A stretch of 50,000 bases of DNA from Chiloscyllium plagiosum (lineage: Eukaryota): NCBI RefSeq assembly GCF_004010195.1, contig NW_025214721.1:1-50000 (forward strand), written 5' to 3'. This document shows, in pieces, positions 11,925 through 24,144 of the stretch (position 1 is the stretch's first letter; every line of letters starts with the position of its first letter). The notes below the pieces were generated by a model, which worked only from the letters and a program-made list of their open reading frames with translations, was not told where the DNA came from and searched no databases. Both the position numbers and the translations under genes were made by a program.

Positions 11925-12905
11925 GACCACTTTCTGATGGACTTGTGGTCAAAGGCCATCCTTCGCAACACCGGGGACAGGTAGAACCTCAGTACGTAGT
12001 GACACTTGGTGTTTGTATACCGGGCCTCCACGCACAGCTTGATGCAGCAACACACAAAGGTGGCTATCAGGGTGAGGGTGACATTGGGTGTGTTTTTTCC
12101 CCTGTTGCCCAGATCTTTATACATCGAGTCCCTTCGGACCCGGTCCATCTTTGATCTCCACATAAAGTGGAAGATGGCCCAGGTGACTGCAGCGGCACAG
12201 GTTCAGGGAATAGGCCAGACCTGTGCCACATATAACAGCAATGACAGTGCCTCACACCTGATGACCAGGTTTTTACCTGCAATGGAGAGCGACCGTTGCT
12301 TCCATCTGCCTAGTTTCTGCTTCACTTTACTGATACGTTCCCCCCAAGACTTGGTACACGCCCCAGCCCCTCCGAACCAAATACCCAGCATCTTCAGGTG
12401 GTCAGTCCTGACGGTGAAGGAGATGGAGGATTGGTCGGCCCAGTTCCCGAAGAGCATGGCCTCGCTCTTGCCTCGGTTTATTTTGGCCCCCGAGACCCAT
12501 TTGAACTGGTCACATATGTACATGAGTCTGTGCACGGACAGCGGATCCGAGCAGAAAACGGCGACGTCATCCATGTACAGGGAGGCCTTAACCTGTAGGT
12601 CCCCGCTGCCAGAAATAGTCACCCCTCTCAGGCTCGCATCCTTCCTGATGGACTCGGCAAATGGCTCTATGCCGTACACAAACAAGGCAGGAGAGAGAGG
12701 GCCGCCCTGCCTGACTCCAGATCTGACTGGGAAGCTATCTGATTCCCACCCATTGATTGAGACTGCACTGACAATGTTGGTGCTGAACAGTCTGATCCAA
12801 TTGCAGATTCCCTCCCCAAAACCCATTTTAGAGAGAACATCTGTCATATACGTATGCAATATCCTGTCAAGGGCTTTCTCCTGGTCCAGGCTGATGAGAC
12901 AGGTG

Positions 12906-12989
12906 CTGGATCAGTGGTGCTGGAAGAGCACAGCAATTCAGGCAGCATCCGAGGACAGGCAAAATCGACGTTTCGGGCAAAAGCCCTTC
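12906..12989 (-). mobile_element. 84-bp Penelope terminal-repeat fragment inserted in the Tx1 RT domain
   Basis: Identical by eye to 46352-46435; breaks the Tx1 frame between ...DMITYV and the ...LISLDQEKAL-type motif. Confidence 0.9.
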
Positions 12990-14213
12990 CTACACGTAGG
13001 TGATCATATCGCTGAGGAGTGCGAGACTTTCAGCGATCTTCCTGCTTGGTACAGCACAGGTTTGGTCAGGGTGAATCACCGACCCCAGAGCAGACCTAAC
13101 CCGGTTGGCGATAACCTTTGACAGAATTTTGTAATCTGCATTCAACAGTGAGATTGGTCTCCAATTTCTGAGTTCCTCCTTCTCCCCCTTCCGCTTGTAG
13201 ATGAGGGTGATGATGCCTTTCCTCATGGATTCACTCATGGTACCTGCCCGAAGCATACTGACATACACCTCCAGCAGGTCCTGGCCAATCAATTCCCACA
13301 GAGCAGAATAGAGCTCAATTGGTAAGCTGTCGCTTCCAGAAGTTTTATTCTTTTCGAAGGACTCGAGGGCCTTGGTCAGCTCGTCCAGAGATAGCGGCTG
13401 GTCCAGCCTCTCCCGTGTTCTGTCGTCTAAGATCTCCGTGATAGAGGACAGGAACGACTGGGAGGCCGCGCTGTCGGTCGGCTTCGCGTCATACAGACTC
13501 GCATAGAAGGATTTACTGATCCTCATGACGTCAGCCGGAGATGATGTTATCGAGCCATCTTCTTCCTTCAGGCTGCTGAGCACGGAGCTCTCTTTGTGCA
13601 CCTTCTGGAAGAAGAAACGTGAGCACGTCTTGTCCTGCTCCACCGAGCGGACCCTGGATCGGAAGATTATCTTGGAGGCCTCCGAGGTAAAGAGCGAGGC
13701 TTGCTGGCCCTTCACCTCCTGGAGGTCCTCTGTGATATTGACCCCTATCGTCTGTAGCAGGAGCAGGTTCTGCATACTTTCCTGGAGCTGGGACAGTTTT
13801 CCCCGCCTCTCTCTCACCTCCTGAACACCTTTGAGGATGAAGAACCTCTTGATGTTCCCTTTTACTGTTTCCCACCAGTCCGCTGGGGACTCAAAGAGGG
13901 GCTTCATGGTTCTCCAACCTGCGTAGTCCCTCTTGAGCTCCTCAATGTTTCCAGGGGTCAACAGCTTACACTGTTGTGTTCAGCTTCCACGTTCCCTTAC
14001 CAGCCCGCTGCTCGTCCTGTAGGTGACAGTCGGCCTGCAGGAGGCAGTGGTCGGAGAAGAACACCGGCTTGACATCGGTGGATCTGACCGAGAGCGTTCG
14101 GGACACAAACAGGTAATCTATCCTTGAGAGGATAGACCCGTCTGTCTGTGACCAGGTATATCTACGCTGCGCTCCATCTGCAGGGGTGCTGAAGACGTCA
14201 ACCCCCTGTCCTA

Positions 14214-15272
14214 ACTGAAAACAAAGCATGCTGGAGATCACAGCGGGTCAGGCAGCATCCATGGAGAAAAAGCAAGCTGAACTAGATAACTCTTCATCAG
14301 AGCTGAAGTGAAGTGTGGAGGAGGCAGCATGTACGCAATAGTGGGAGGGTGGGGGTTTGGAGTACGGGGGGGAGAAAGGATGTTGATAGTTCAGATTAAG
14401 TGATTGGAATGTGAGAATGGCAGATTAATGATGTGTCTAACTGCCAGACTGGAAAGAATAGACAGTCCCACTGTTGTGGGAGGAGAGGAGAGAGGATGAC
14501 AGAGAATGGAACAAGCAAAGGTAAGGATGTTGAATTCAATATTGAGCCTAGAAGGTTGTAAACTGTCTAATTTGAAGATGAGATATTGCTCCTCCAGTTT
14601 ACACTGTGATGCGCTGGAACATTGCAGCAAGCCAAGGACAAACAAGTGGGCCTGTGAGCAAGACGCTGTGTTAAAATGACTGGCTACGGGAAGGAGATGA
14701 AAATGTGTTGCTGGAAGGTCATGCTTGCTGAAGGACCGGAGGTGTTCTGCAAAGCAGTCACCCCGTCTGCATTTGGTTTCTCCGATGTAAGTAGGCCACA
14801 TTGGGTGCAGCAAATAGAGTACACAAGATTGGAGGAGGTACAGGTGAAATACTGCTTCACCTGGAAAGATAGGGCTTTGGATGGTGAGCAGGGAGGACGT
14901 GAAGGGACAGGTGTTCCATCTTCTGTGATTACATGGGAAAGTTCCTTGGGAAGGGGGAGGTGATGTTGGTGGTCAAGGAATGGACTAGGGTGTCCCAGAG
15001 GAACGATCCTTGCAAAATGCAAACAGGGAGAGTGAGGGGAAATTGTGGCATTCTGCTAGAGTTATCTAAAATGCAGAGAATGTTTTTTTTGATGGGGTGA
15101 AAAGTGAGAACAAGAGGGATCAATCACATTGTTGTGAGTGATGGGAAAGGGCAAGAGTGGAGGTACGGGTGATAGGTTAGATGAAGTTGAGACTCCTGTC
15201 AACCACAGTGGATGGGAAACCACCATTATGGAAGAAGGAAGCCATGTCAGCAGCACTGTTTTGGCAGGTGGC
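14214..15272 (-). mobile_element. Penelope-like element (GIY-YIG end plus terminal repeat), older family
   Basis: FTCTSSNLVYSICCTQCGLL / YIGETKCRRGDCFAEHLRS / PVASHFN / KLEEQYLIF; decayed ctgatga motif at ~14295-14301(-). TSD ACATTGTGGA at 11025-11034 and 15273-15282. Confidence 0.85.
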
Positions 15273-15572
15273 ACATTGTGGAATTTAGTCACTATTGTAA
15301 TGTCGGAAATGTGGCTGCTATCCTGATCAACAGCAAGCTTCCAGAAACAGCATTGCAATAATGACCAGAATGCTGTCGATTGAGGTATAAATGTTGGATG
15401 GGACATAAAGGAGATCTCACCCGCTCTTTCATCAAATGCCATTGGAAATTTCTCTATTTGCTTGAGGGAACAAAATGGAAGTTGGTTTCAACTTTCAATA
15501 TGGGACCTCAGATACTGAAGCATTCCCTTAGTCTGGCATTGTGAATGGCAGGGTATAATTTGTACTTCGGTC
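15273..15572 (-). mobile_element. Deu-domain SINE whose 3' part lies at ~11004-11034 (split by nested insertions)
   Basis: gctttacagccactgaagtacattgtgga (11005-11034) joins acattgtggaatttagtcactattgtaatg (15273 on) into a continuous reverse-complement Deu-SINE similar to 42710-43060. Confidence 0.6.
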
Positions 15573-17659
15573 TTAAAATAAATGAGGGTGCATGCACTTA
15601 TAATAATCTAATATTCCTTTTAATTTATGAAACATCCACATGAAAGTAACAATACAGAAGTATAGTTTGCATAAACTGCTTGTAGGAATTAGAAGGCATT
15701 TTGGGACATCGACAAAATTAAGCATTTGTGCAGAGCTGTCAAACAGCAGTGTTTACTGAGTGCTTGCAGAATGTTCCTTTGAGATAACTCTGGTCTTGTT
15801 TTGCATAGTGCCTCAAAGAATTAGCACCAAAACTGTATAGTTTGCTTAACGTTTTCTGCTGGGTATTATCCAGCTCAGGCACAACCTTTGTCGACAAAAG
15901 CAGGAAATGTCAAACATAGTTAACATCTGCACTCAGCATTATTTGTCTTGTTGCAAATTTTAGACTTGTGCATTTATTCAGAACAAAAAATAAGGAGATG
16001 GATGCATTTAGTTTTAAAACCAAAAAAAGGAGAGGGGGGAATAAAATACAAACAGCTGTACAACTACTGAATGGGGCTATTGGAAGAGTAATTGTTTGGA
16101 TCATTTCAGTCAGATAATGGAAACATAAGCAAAAGAAATCAAACTAAAGAAACAAAGTGTGGATATTTCAGGGAAATGGAATATAGGCAACATTAAAGAG
16201 AAAGTGCAAGGTTCAAATATTGAAAGTCTAGGGATTGATGTCAAACGTGAAAGTAAAGCAGAAAGAGTTGGCAAAGTTCACAGGGTCAACCATTGTCAAA
16301 TAGAAAATGAGGAGGGCACCAGGGAAAACTTTGATTCACTTATCAGAGCTATCAAATCCTGCCAACGTGAAGGAAGTTGAGGCAAATTTGGATTGGTCCA
16401 TTTGATTTCCTAGCTTTTCCATGGGATTGAAAGTATTTTGGAAGTAAGTAAGGCTAGTATTTATAAACTATCCTTTCACAACCTCAAGATGTCAAAAGCA
16501 ACTTACAGCTAATGAAATAGGGAATAGGGCTGAACCTTACATTTTGTTGGTTAAGTGCACGTGCATGTGTGCTGAGTTTTTCAATTGGTTGACAAGAGCT
16601 CCCTCTTTTCATACAGTATAAAGTGTCATTTTTGCTTTTACATTTACATTTTTTGTGAATCATCTTGAAAGAAAAATTTCACCAAAATGCATTGTTCTCT
16701 CAACACTTCCTGCTATTTGTTGATTATAGTTCATAGATTTCCATACATCCAACCACAAGGTCAGATGAAATTTGGTCTTAATGTCTGTTTCACAAAAATG
16801 GCATATCCAACAATGAGTTCATTGTAGTTTGATGCAAAAATGTTCAAACTGCAGTAGGATTTGAAACTATAAACTTTTGACTGAGACAACAATAGTATCT
16901 ATCTTTGCAGAAGGCTTTCGGAAACAGTTAAGAAAATTCAAGTTTAACATTCAAAATCAAGTTTCCGGAATGCATCGTCTTATGTCATTGTTAGTACTGG
17001 TCTGACAATGCTCTTTTGTCATGTTAGGAGGCTTTACTAAATTAAAGGGACAATATGAATGCAACTTGTTGTTATATGGCTTGTTTAGCTGGAAGCTTCA
17101 GTCTAAACCGTGGACTGCTTCATATCTACAATTAATGTGAGGATTCTGAACAGCCCATCATTTTAAAGAGTGGGCCCAGAGCCAGCATTCAGCATCCTTT
17201 GGTTTATCCTTACAGTGATAGAATGAGAAATAAATACAAGAATAAATAATTTAATATTGGAAATAGAATCCAGTTTCTAATATAACTATCTCAGATTGAT
17301 TTAAGATATCAATGCACATCTTTCTTTTCAACTTTAATTAAGAAAAGTAGTACTTATGACTGGAATTGACTTGTTGTTATGGCAGCAAACAGTATGCTTC
17401 ACCATCATACAACAATGTTCAGGATACCTGTACTCTTCAGTTATTACTACCAACTGGAGCATATGAATTTTCTTTAACTCACATAATGTAACAGACTGAG
17501 TTCATTTTTATAAATTTATCATTTTCATCTGCAGGATATATAGGTTTTGTGTGGTGCTGCCATATATGAAAAAATCCTTCACCATTTATGTTGAAAACCT
17601 TGAAAAGGACTAGTTATGGCAAATCACACAGCCATTTGGATAATTCATGTTATGCAGAA

Positions 17660-17782
17660 CTGAGAATAGATAAGATAGAGCATAAAAGAATAACATTTCT
17701 CTGAGTCTTGAATAGTCTATACATACATGGATTCATTGAACTATGAGGACAAAGCCTATCATATATAATCACCTGGCAGCTG
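17660..17782. promoter_or_regulatory. Candidate erythroid enhancer: tandem GATA sites plus E-box/GATA composite
   Basis: AGATAAGATAG at 17668-17678; minus-strand CAGGTG-N9-GATA at 17775->17757; second E-box CAGCTG at 17777-17782. No recognisable repeat here; 3.7 kb upstream of the HEMGN ATG. Confidence 0.45.
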
Positions 17783-18364
17783 TTTGCTCTTACAACAGTT
17801 CAACACGTACTCCTTTAGCTTACCTTTGACTAAGGCTGTCATGTAATGCTGCAGGGGCTACTTAGTAAAGTCAAAGCAGTGTCCAATATTACAATCTAAT
17901 TCTGCAAATTGATAACATCTGCTAAATACTCCTGTGTGTGCTAAGAATTATGCTGACAACCAACTTAAGATTGTCAGTCAGGCTCAGAATATTGCAACTG
18001 CACATAATGTAAACTACAGATATTTAAACACAGGGCCTAGTTGTCTTCAGACAGAATATGTATTAACATTCTACTGTTTTGAACTGAACAAAATAAGGAA
18101 CAGCTAATCTCTGATTTGTTGCTCAGAGCAAAGCCTTGATCCATCAGAGTAAATCAGTTTTGGTTACATTTAAATAAAGCTTTGCAGTTAACTCTCAGTT
18201 TTCACCCAACTAGTGAATTCGCTGTGACCGATCAGAGTCTATTTTCCACCAATCAGAACTCTCTTCTCATACAGCATAAAATATTGTTCCCCTTTCCATT
18301 GGTATTTTTGAGAATGCCTGATGAGTGCAAGATGAAATGCTTAGTCAAAATGTTTTTTTTTAAT

Positions 18365-18780
18365 TGATACTCAGGATAGATAGGTAAAGTGAGTGGGCAA
18401 AGATCTGCCAAGTGGAGTGTAATGTGTGAAAATGTGAAATTGTCCATTTTGGTAGAAAGAATAGTAAGAGATTGCAGTGCTGTGAGTTACAGAGGAATTT
18501 GGGTGTCTTCATGCATGAATTACAGAAAGTTAATGTGCAAGCAATTAGGGACACTGAGAGAATGTTGCTATTGCGAGAGCAATTGAATACATAAGTAGGG
18601 AGGTTATGTTTCAGTTATACAGGGCATTGGCAGGACCATATCTGGAGTACTTTGTACTGTATTGGTTACCGTATTTAAAGAATGATGCAACTGTATTGAA
18701 AGTACTTCAGAAATGGTTTGCTCAACGTAGAGTGGACTGGTTCTCATATGTCTCAATACTGAATGGGCGAGGCTTGCATC
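18365..18780 (+). mobile_element. CR1 LINE fragment (continues at 20655-20990 after the Penelope insertion)
   Basis: QLYRALAGPYLEY...LKVLQKWF CR1 motif; duplicated AGGCTTGCATC links it to 20655. Confidence 0.8.
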
Positions 18781-20654
18781 CAGGAGACAGTGAGGTCTGC
18801 AGATGCTGGAGACCAAAGTTGAGAGTGTGTTGCAGGTCAGGAAGCATCCTGAAGCAGAGAAATAAATGTTTTGTGCTGGAGCCGTTCATCAGGAATGAGG
18901 CTGGGAGCCTCGGGGTGCAGAGATAAATAGGAGGAGGGTGGAGCTGGGGAGAAGATAGCTGAGAGTACAATAGGTGTATGGAGGTGGGGGTAAAGGTGAT
19001 AGGTCAGAGAGGAGGGTGGAATGGATAGGTAGGGAGGAAGATTGACAGATGGGATAGGTCATGAGGGCGGTGCTGAGCTGGAAGGTTGGAACTAAGGTAA
19101 GGTGGGGGGAGGGAAAATGAGGAAACTGGTGAAGTCCACATTGATGCCCTGGGGCTGAAGGGTCCCGAGGCGGAAGATAAGGCATTCTTCCTCCAGGCGT
19201 CGGGTGGTAGGGGAGTGGCGATGGAGGAGGCCTAGGACTTGCATGTCCTTGGCAGAGTAGGAGGGGGAGTTGAAATATTCGGCCACGAGATGGTGGGGTT
19301 GATTGGTGCAGGTGTCCCGGAGATGTTCTCCACAGCTCTCTGCGAGAAGGTGTCCAGTCTCCCTAGTTGAAATATTCGGCCACGAGATGGTGGGGTTGAT
19401 TGGTGCAGGTGTCCCAGAGATGTTCTCCACAGCTCTCTGCGAGAAGGTGTCCAGTCTCCCTAGTGTAGAGGAGACCGCATTGGGAGCAACGGACATAATA
19501 AATGACATGTGTGGAAGTGCAGGTGAAACTTTGATGGATGTGGAAGGCTCCTTTGGGGCCTTGGATGGAGGTAAGGGGATAGGTGTGGGCACAGGTTTTG
19601 CAATGCCTGCGGTGGCAGGGGAAGGTGGCATGTAAGGGGGCGTGGACCTGACCAGGTAGTCGCAGAGGGAACGATCTTTGTGGAAAGCGGATCGGGGTGG
19701 AGAGGGAAATATATCCCTGGTGGTGGGGTCCGTTTAGAGGTGGCAAAAATGTCAGCGGATGATACGACTTATGCAGCGGTTGGTGGGTTGAAGGTGAGGA
19801 CCGGCAAGGGTTCTGTCCTTGTTGCAGTTGGAGAGGTGTGGTTCAAGGGCGGAAGTGCAGGACTTGGATCAGATGTGTTGGAAGGCGTCTTCGACCACGT
19901 GGGAGTGGAAATTACAGTCTTTAAAGAAGGAGGCCATCTAGTGTGTTCTGTGGTGGTCCTCTTGGGAGCAGATGTGGTGGAGGCGGAGGAATTGGGAATA
20001 CGGGATAGCATTTTTGCAGGATGTAGGGTGGGAGGAGGTATAATCCAGGTAGCTGTGGGAGTCGGTGGGTTTGTAAAAACTCAGTGTTGAGTCCATCCTC
20101 GTGGATGGAGATGGAGAGGTCTAGGAAGGGGAGGGAGGTGTCAGAGATGGTCCAGGTCAATTTAAGGTCGGGGTGGAATATGTTGGTGAAGTTGATGAAC
20201 TGTTTGACCTCCTTGTAGGAGCACGAGGTGGCACCGATGCAGTCATCAATGTAGCAGAGGAAGAGGTGGGGAGTGGTGCTGGTGTAACTCTGGAAAATGG
20301 ATTGTTCTACGTAGCTGACAAAGAGACAGGCCAGTTTCCTCATTTCCCCTCCCCCCACCTTACCCTAGTTCCAACCTTCCAACTCAGCACTGCTGTCATG
20401 ACCTGTCCCATCTGTCAAACTTTCTTCCCCTCTATCTGCTCTACCCTCCCCTCCAACTTTTACCCCCACCTCCATTCACCTATTGCACTCTCAGCTACCT
20501 TCTCCCCAGTCCCATACCCCTCCCATTTATCTCTCCAGCCCCGAGGCTCCCAGCCTCATTCCTAATGAAGGGCTCCAGCCCGAAACATCGATTTTCCTGC
20601 TCCTCGGATGCTGCCTGCCCTGCTGTGCTTTTCCAGCTACACACTCTCAACACT
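18781..20654 (-). mobile_element. Penelope-like element: RT C-terminus plus GIY-YIG, terminal repeat at left and inverted terminal repeat at right
   Basis: YIDDCIG and LPFLDLSI (RT); FTCTSTHVIYYVRCSQCGLLY and RRLEEECLIFRLGTLQPQGIN (GIY-YIG). 20331-20654 is an inverted copy of ~18810-19130. TSD AGGCTTGCATC at 18770-18780 and 20655-20665. Both hammerhead motifs are mutated. Confidence 0.92.
19269..19462. repeat. 97-bp tandem duplication inside the GIY-YIG region
   Basis: 19269-19365 and 19366-19462 are nearly identical, with agt microhomology at the junctions. Confidence 0.9.
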
Positions 20655-21149
20655 AGGCTTGCATCTACCAAAATTTAGAGTAATAAGCAACTTAATTGAA
20701 ACATAGAAAATTCTGTGGGGTCTTGACAGGCGGGAATGTTAAAAGGATTCTCTTGTGCAATGACGGCTCACTGTTTAAAAATAAGGTTCATCTGTTTATG
20801 GAAGATAAGGCAAAGTTTTTTTTCCTCACATGATTCTTTGGAACTGTTGTTCTCAAGCCAGTGGAAACAGAGTTTTTGAATAACTTTAAGGCAGATGTGG
20901 ACAGAGTCTTGATGAATAAGGAAGTGAAAGATTATTTGGGGTAGTTGGAAATATTGAGTAATCAGATCTTACTGAACAACAAAAGAGGCTAAGTTGCCTG
21001 GCGATGAGCCACACATACTGACCTAGCCTATAATGCCTTCCTCCCACAATGAATTTCTAAAAAATTACCAAGAAATTAATATTTTAAGCTTTGCAAGTAC
21101 ATTTCACAAATTGAATCTAGCTCCTAACATTTAAACCTGTGTCCAAGCT

Positions 21150-21474
21150 ACAGGTAGATAAACATGAATTACTGTACTACTCAATAACACTGACTCAAAG
21201 CAGTTATTTTCTAACTGGGCATTTTTCTCCTTTCATTTTAATTTTTCTGCTCATCGTGACGCCATTGGACCATATCTTTGTTATACTGTTGAAGAAGAGA
21301 TGTTACTGGATGCTGCTAAGTTCCCTGCTTGTGTGCATTAGATAACGATGCCTGTTTGGGTGTCAACGCTGAAACCGCCTAATCCAGTTTCAGAAAAAAG
21401 GACATCTCTACCTTATTCAAACATTTCTACTCAGTTACCTTATAAAGAAACATAATTCTTAGCGGCGGTAGAAA
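21150..21474 (+). promoter_or_regulatory. Candidate HEMGN proximal promoter / 5' region
   Basis: AGATAA at 21156-21161 and 21340-21345 (the latter as TG-N8-AGATAA), CACCC-type box gggtgt at 21358-21363, TATAAA at 21441-21446. Mammalian Hemgn is a known GATA1 target. Confidence 0.5.
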
Positions 21475-21523
21475 ATGGATACGTCTAAGCATAGTCAGAA
21501 CACGACTGATTTGGAAGTTCCAG
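21475..21523 (+). CDS. HEMGN: Hemogen coding exon 1 (MDTSKHSQNTTDLEVP+G)
   Basis: Good Kozak context aaaATGG; donor CAG|gtaact; phase-1 end matches the next exon. Confidence 0.75.
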
Positions 21524-23454
21524 GTAACTTTGTCTGTGACAGAAAGTAGCAGTTGCTATTACTTCAGTAAAATGCAAAGATTATTTATTTCCTTCAGTTT
21601 ATATTAGTTGCTGAATGCTTTTAAAGTTCAAAACTTTAGAATCATTTACTCTACTTTGGGACTACACAATATGATAATACATGAATAATAATCTAATTAA
21701 TAATAGTGATTTCTGACAGTATAAACTAATTTTACAGAGTTCTGAGAATCCCCTAGAGACACTAGGGGTCGTTCAGTTGATTTGAACATATCACATTCTA
21801 AAAATTTTATTTTGCAATTTTATGTATTGTAGGCTCCCACAATTTTATTGAAAATAATAATTTATTTCACCAGACTGCTGTAGTACAAGTTAGTCCATAT
21901 CTGACAAAAGGTGGAAAATTCAGTTCTTGTAATAATATTTCCACGCATAGCCAAATATGGAGTAGGAATGTGCATAATTAGCCCTATTTTAGTATAATGT
22001 GTTTTGTGTAATATAAATATTAGTTAACTTTAACAGTGTAAAATTAGCATAGCTGCATTTTTAGTTCTAAAGTGTAGAAAACCTAATTAAATGCAAGCTT
22101 TTAAAATAAGAATTGTTCCTTCCACAATTGATAATGCTAAATACTTCGGGGAGGATCTAAACTGTACTGGTAAGTGGAAAAGGAATGATGGAGTAACTAA
22201 AATTATGAAAGTCCATTCCTGAACATATCCCATTTTATTGCCACTGATTTGGATAAGAATTGCACCACAATGATATTTAACCCGCACCGTGTATGGACAT
22301 ATCTAATGAGCCTTCCCAGGTAAAGCTGCTGAGAAGCTAATGACACTCCTGAAGGTAAGTGGAAATCTTTTCTGAGTGGAATTCTTACTTTGGTGCATCT
22401 TCATGCTGCACAAGGAACACCTGAATTTTTGCTACTGTAGGATTCTTTCTCAGCCTCAACAACCTTGCAACATCCCATCCTCCATCACAATGCTAAACCT
22501 TGTTGCAACTGGTGGCAGCAAGCAATCTCAAAGTTTTCCAACATGCATTTTCCAATCGTTGCTCCCAATCTTTGTTATTTCACCCAACAGTATAAAGATG
22601 CCAGTATCTCTGTGGTCTTCCAATTCTGGCCTGTTGCATATCCATTTTCATGATTCCACAGTAGGCATCTGTGCATTCAGCTCCCTGGATCCCAAGCTCT
22701 GCAATACCCCTCTTAAGTCTTTCTACCTCTCCACCTTTTAAGATACTGTTTAAAACCTACTCCTTTGACCAATATCTTCTTATGTGATTCGGTGTCATAA
22801 TTTGTTAGATAATGTTCCTGTGAAGCAAGTTGGAATGTTTAATTACATTAAAGGTATTCTGTATTTGTTAGGTTTTGTTGTTGACTACTGAACAATCATG
22901 AACATAAAATGCAAAGTAATTAATTCTGTATACCTTGAATGCAACGACAATTTTACATTACAGATGTTTAATTGCCTTTTACGGTCACTGTGTTTGAAAG
23001 ATAAATATTTGGAGCAAAACATTTGCAGATTATAGGAGGAAAGTGGAGTTAGCAATGGACTGAATGGTCACTTTTTGTGATGTATGATTTTATTAAAAAA
23101 GCGTCACCAACCCATCCCAGATGATATCTTCACTGCTGTGTCCACCTTGAGGTTTGCAATAGGTTCTATCCTATCAGGGAAATTAGATGGGATTTTCTCA
23201 ACATTTAGATCATTGTTTACAATGATCTTGCTGACTTTTAAATTTTATTACCAAGATCAGTATAAAAATTGGTGCAAAGTAAGTAGAAATCAATAAATAT
23301 ACTCCTGGCCTGGGAAAGGGCTGGAAGGTTTGCATCTACCTCTGTTAAGTCCTGCCTTCCCTTGTGCATATTGAAAAATTAAAAGTCTGAAATTGTTGTG
23401 CCAGCATATATGCATTGCACAAGGCTTATAACACATGGAACCTTTCTGTTATTT

Positions 23455-23998
23455 TGGAATCGTAGCAGTTGAAAGCACAGAAAGGGCTATGAGGTACATC
23501 GTACTCTTGGAGAGAGCTGTCCAGTTAAGGCCCAACCCCGGTTTTTTTTTCTCCATAACCCTGCAAATGAGTGCTCTTCAGGTACCTGTCCAGTTAGCTT
23601 TCCAGATTCTTTTGAAATGTGATTGCACCAACTTTTCAAGCAGCGTGATCCAGATCTTAACAAAACTCTGGATGGAAGTATTTCATTTCCCCTCTGGTTC
23701 TTTTACCAATTATTTTAACTCTATAATCTTTGGTAACTTACCCACTTGTCAGAGAAAATAGCTTTTTCTATGCTTGCTCTGTCAGAACTTCTCAGACAGT
23801 TGAGCATTGCTATTAACTCCCTTTGCTCTTCTCTGCTCTAACGGGAACAATCCCAGTCTCTCCTGTCTCACCATATAATTGAAGTCCCTCATCCGTGGTA
23901 TCATTTTAGTAATTCTCCTCTGCATCTTCTCCAAGATCTTGACATATTTCCTACAGTTTGGTGCCAAGAATGGCACACAGTATTCCAATATAACAGAG
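23455..23998 (-). mobile_element. CR1 LINE 3' fragment in HEMGN intron 1
   Basis: LEYCVPFLAP...LEKMQRRITKMIP...LGLFPLEQRR. Confidence 0.8.
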
Positions 23999-24144
23999 AC
24001 TGTTATCATAAAAATTACTCACCTATTCATCGATGAAAAATGCTGTGTAACTCTCAATGAAGAGGAATGTTTTAACAAGTGTTATAAAACACTAGAAGTA
24101 TTCATTTCCATTGAAAAATAATGAGAAACCAACATGAAAACAAG

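Larger units (their letters stand above)
11050..14213 (-). mobile_element. Tx1/L1-clade LINE, 5'-truncated and disrupted ORF2 (APE end, RT, zinc finger)
   Basis: APE motifs SRIDYLFVS and FSDH; RT motifs NWRPISLLNADYKILSK, GVRQGGPLSP and YMDD; C-terminal CPRSGC..ETVTHLLLEC. AATAAA and A-rich tail on the minus strand at ~11050-11077. 16-bp TSD ACTGAAAACAAAGCAT at 11034-11049 and 14214-14229. Confidence 0.92.

Noticed and set aside
12892..12898. Isolated CTGATGA (also at 7036-7041 and 9760)
   Set aside because: No stem II followed by GAAA; not hammerheads.
12006..13121. Longest ORF in the track (371 aa, + strand)
   Set aside because: It is the antisense shadow of the Tx1 RT and runs through an inserted Penelope fragment; no independent protein features.
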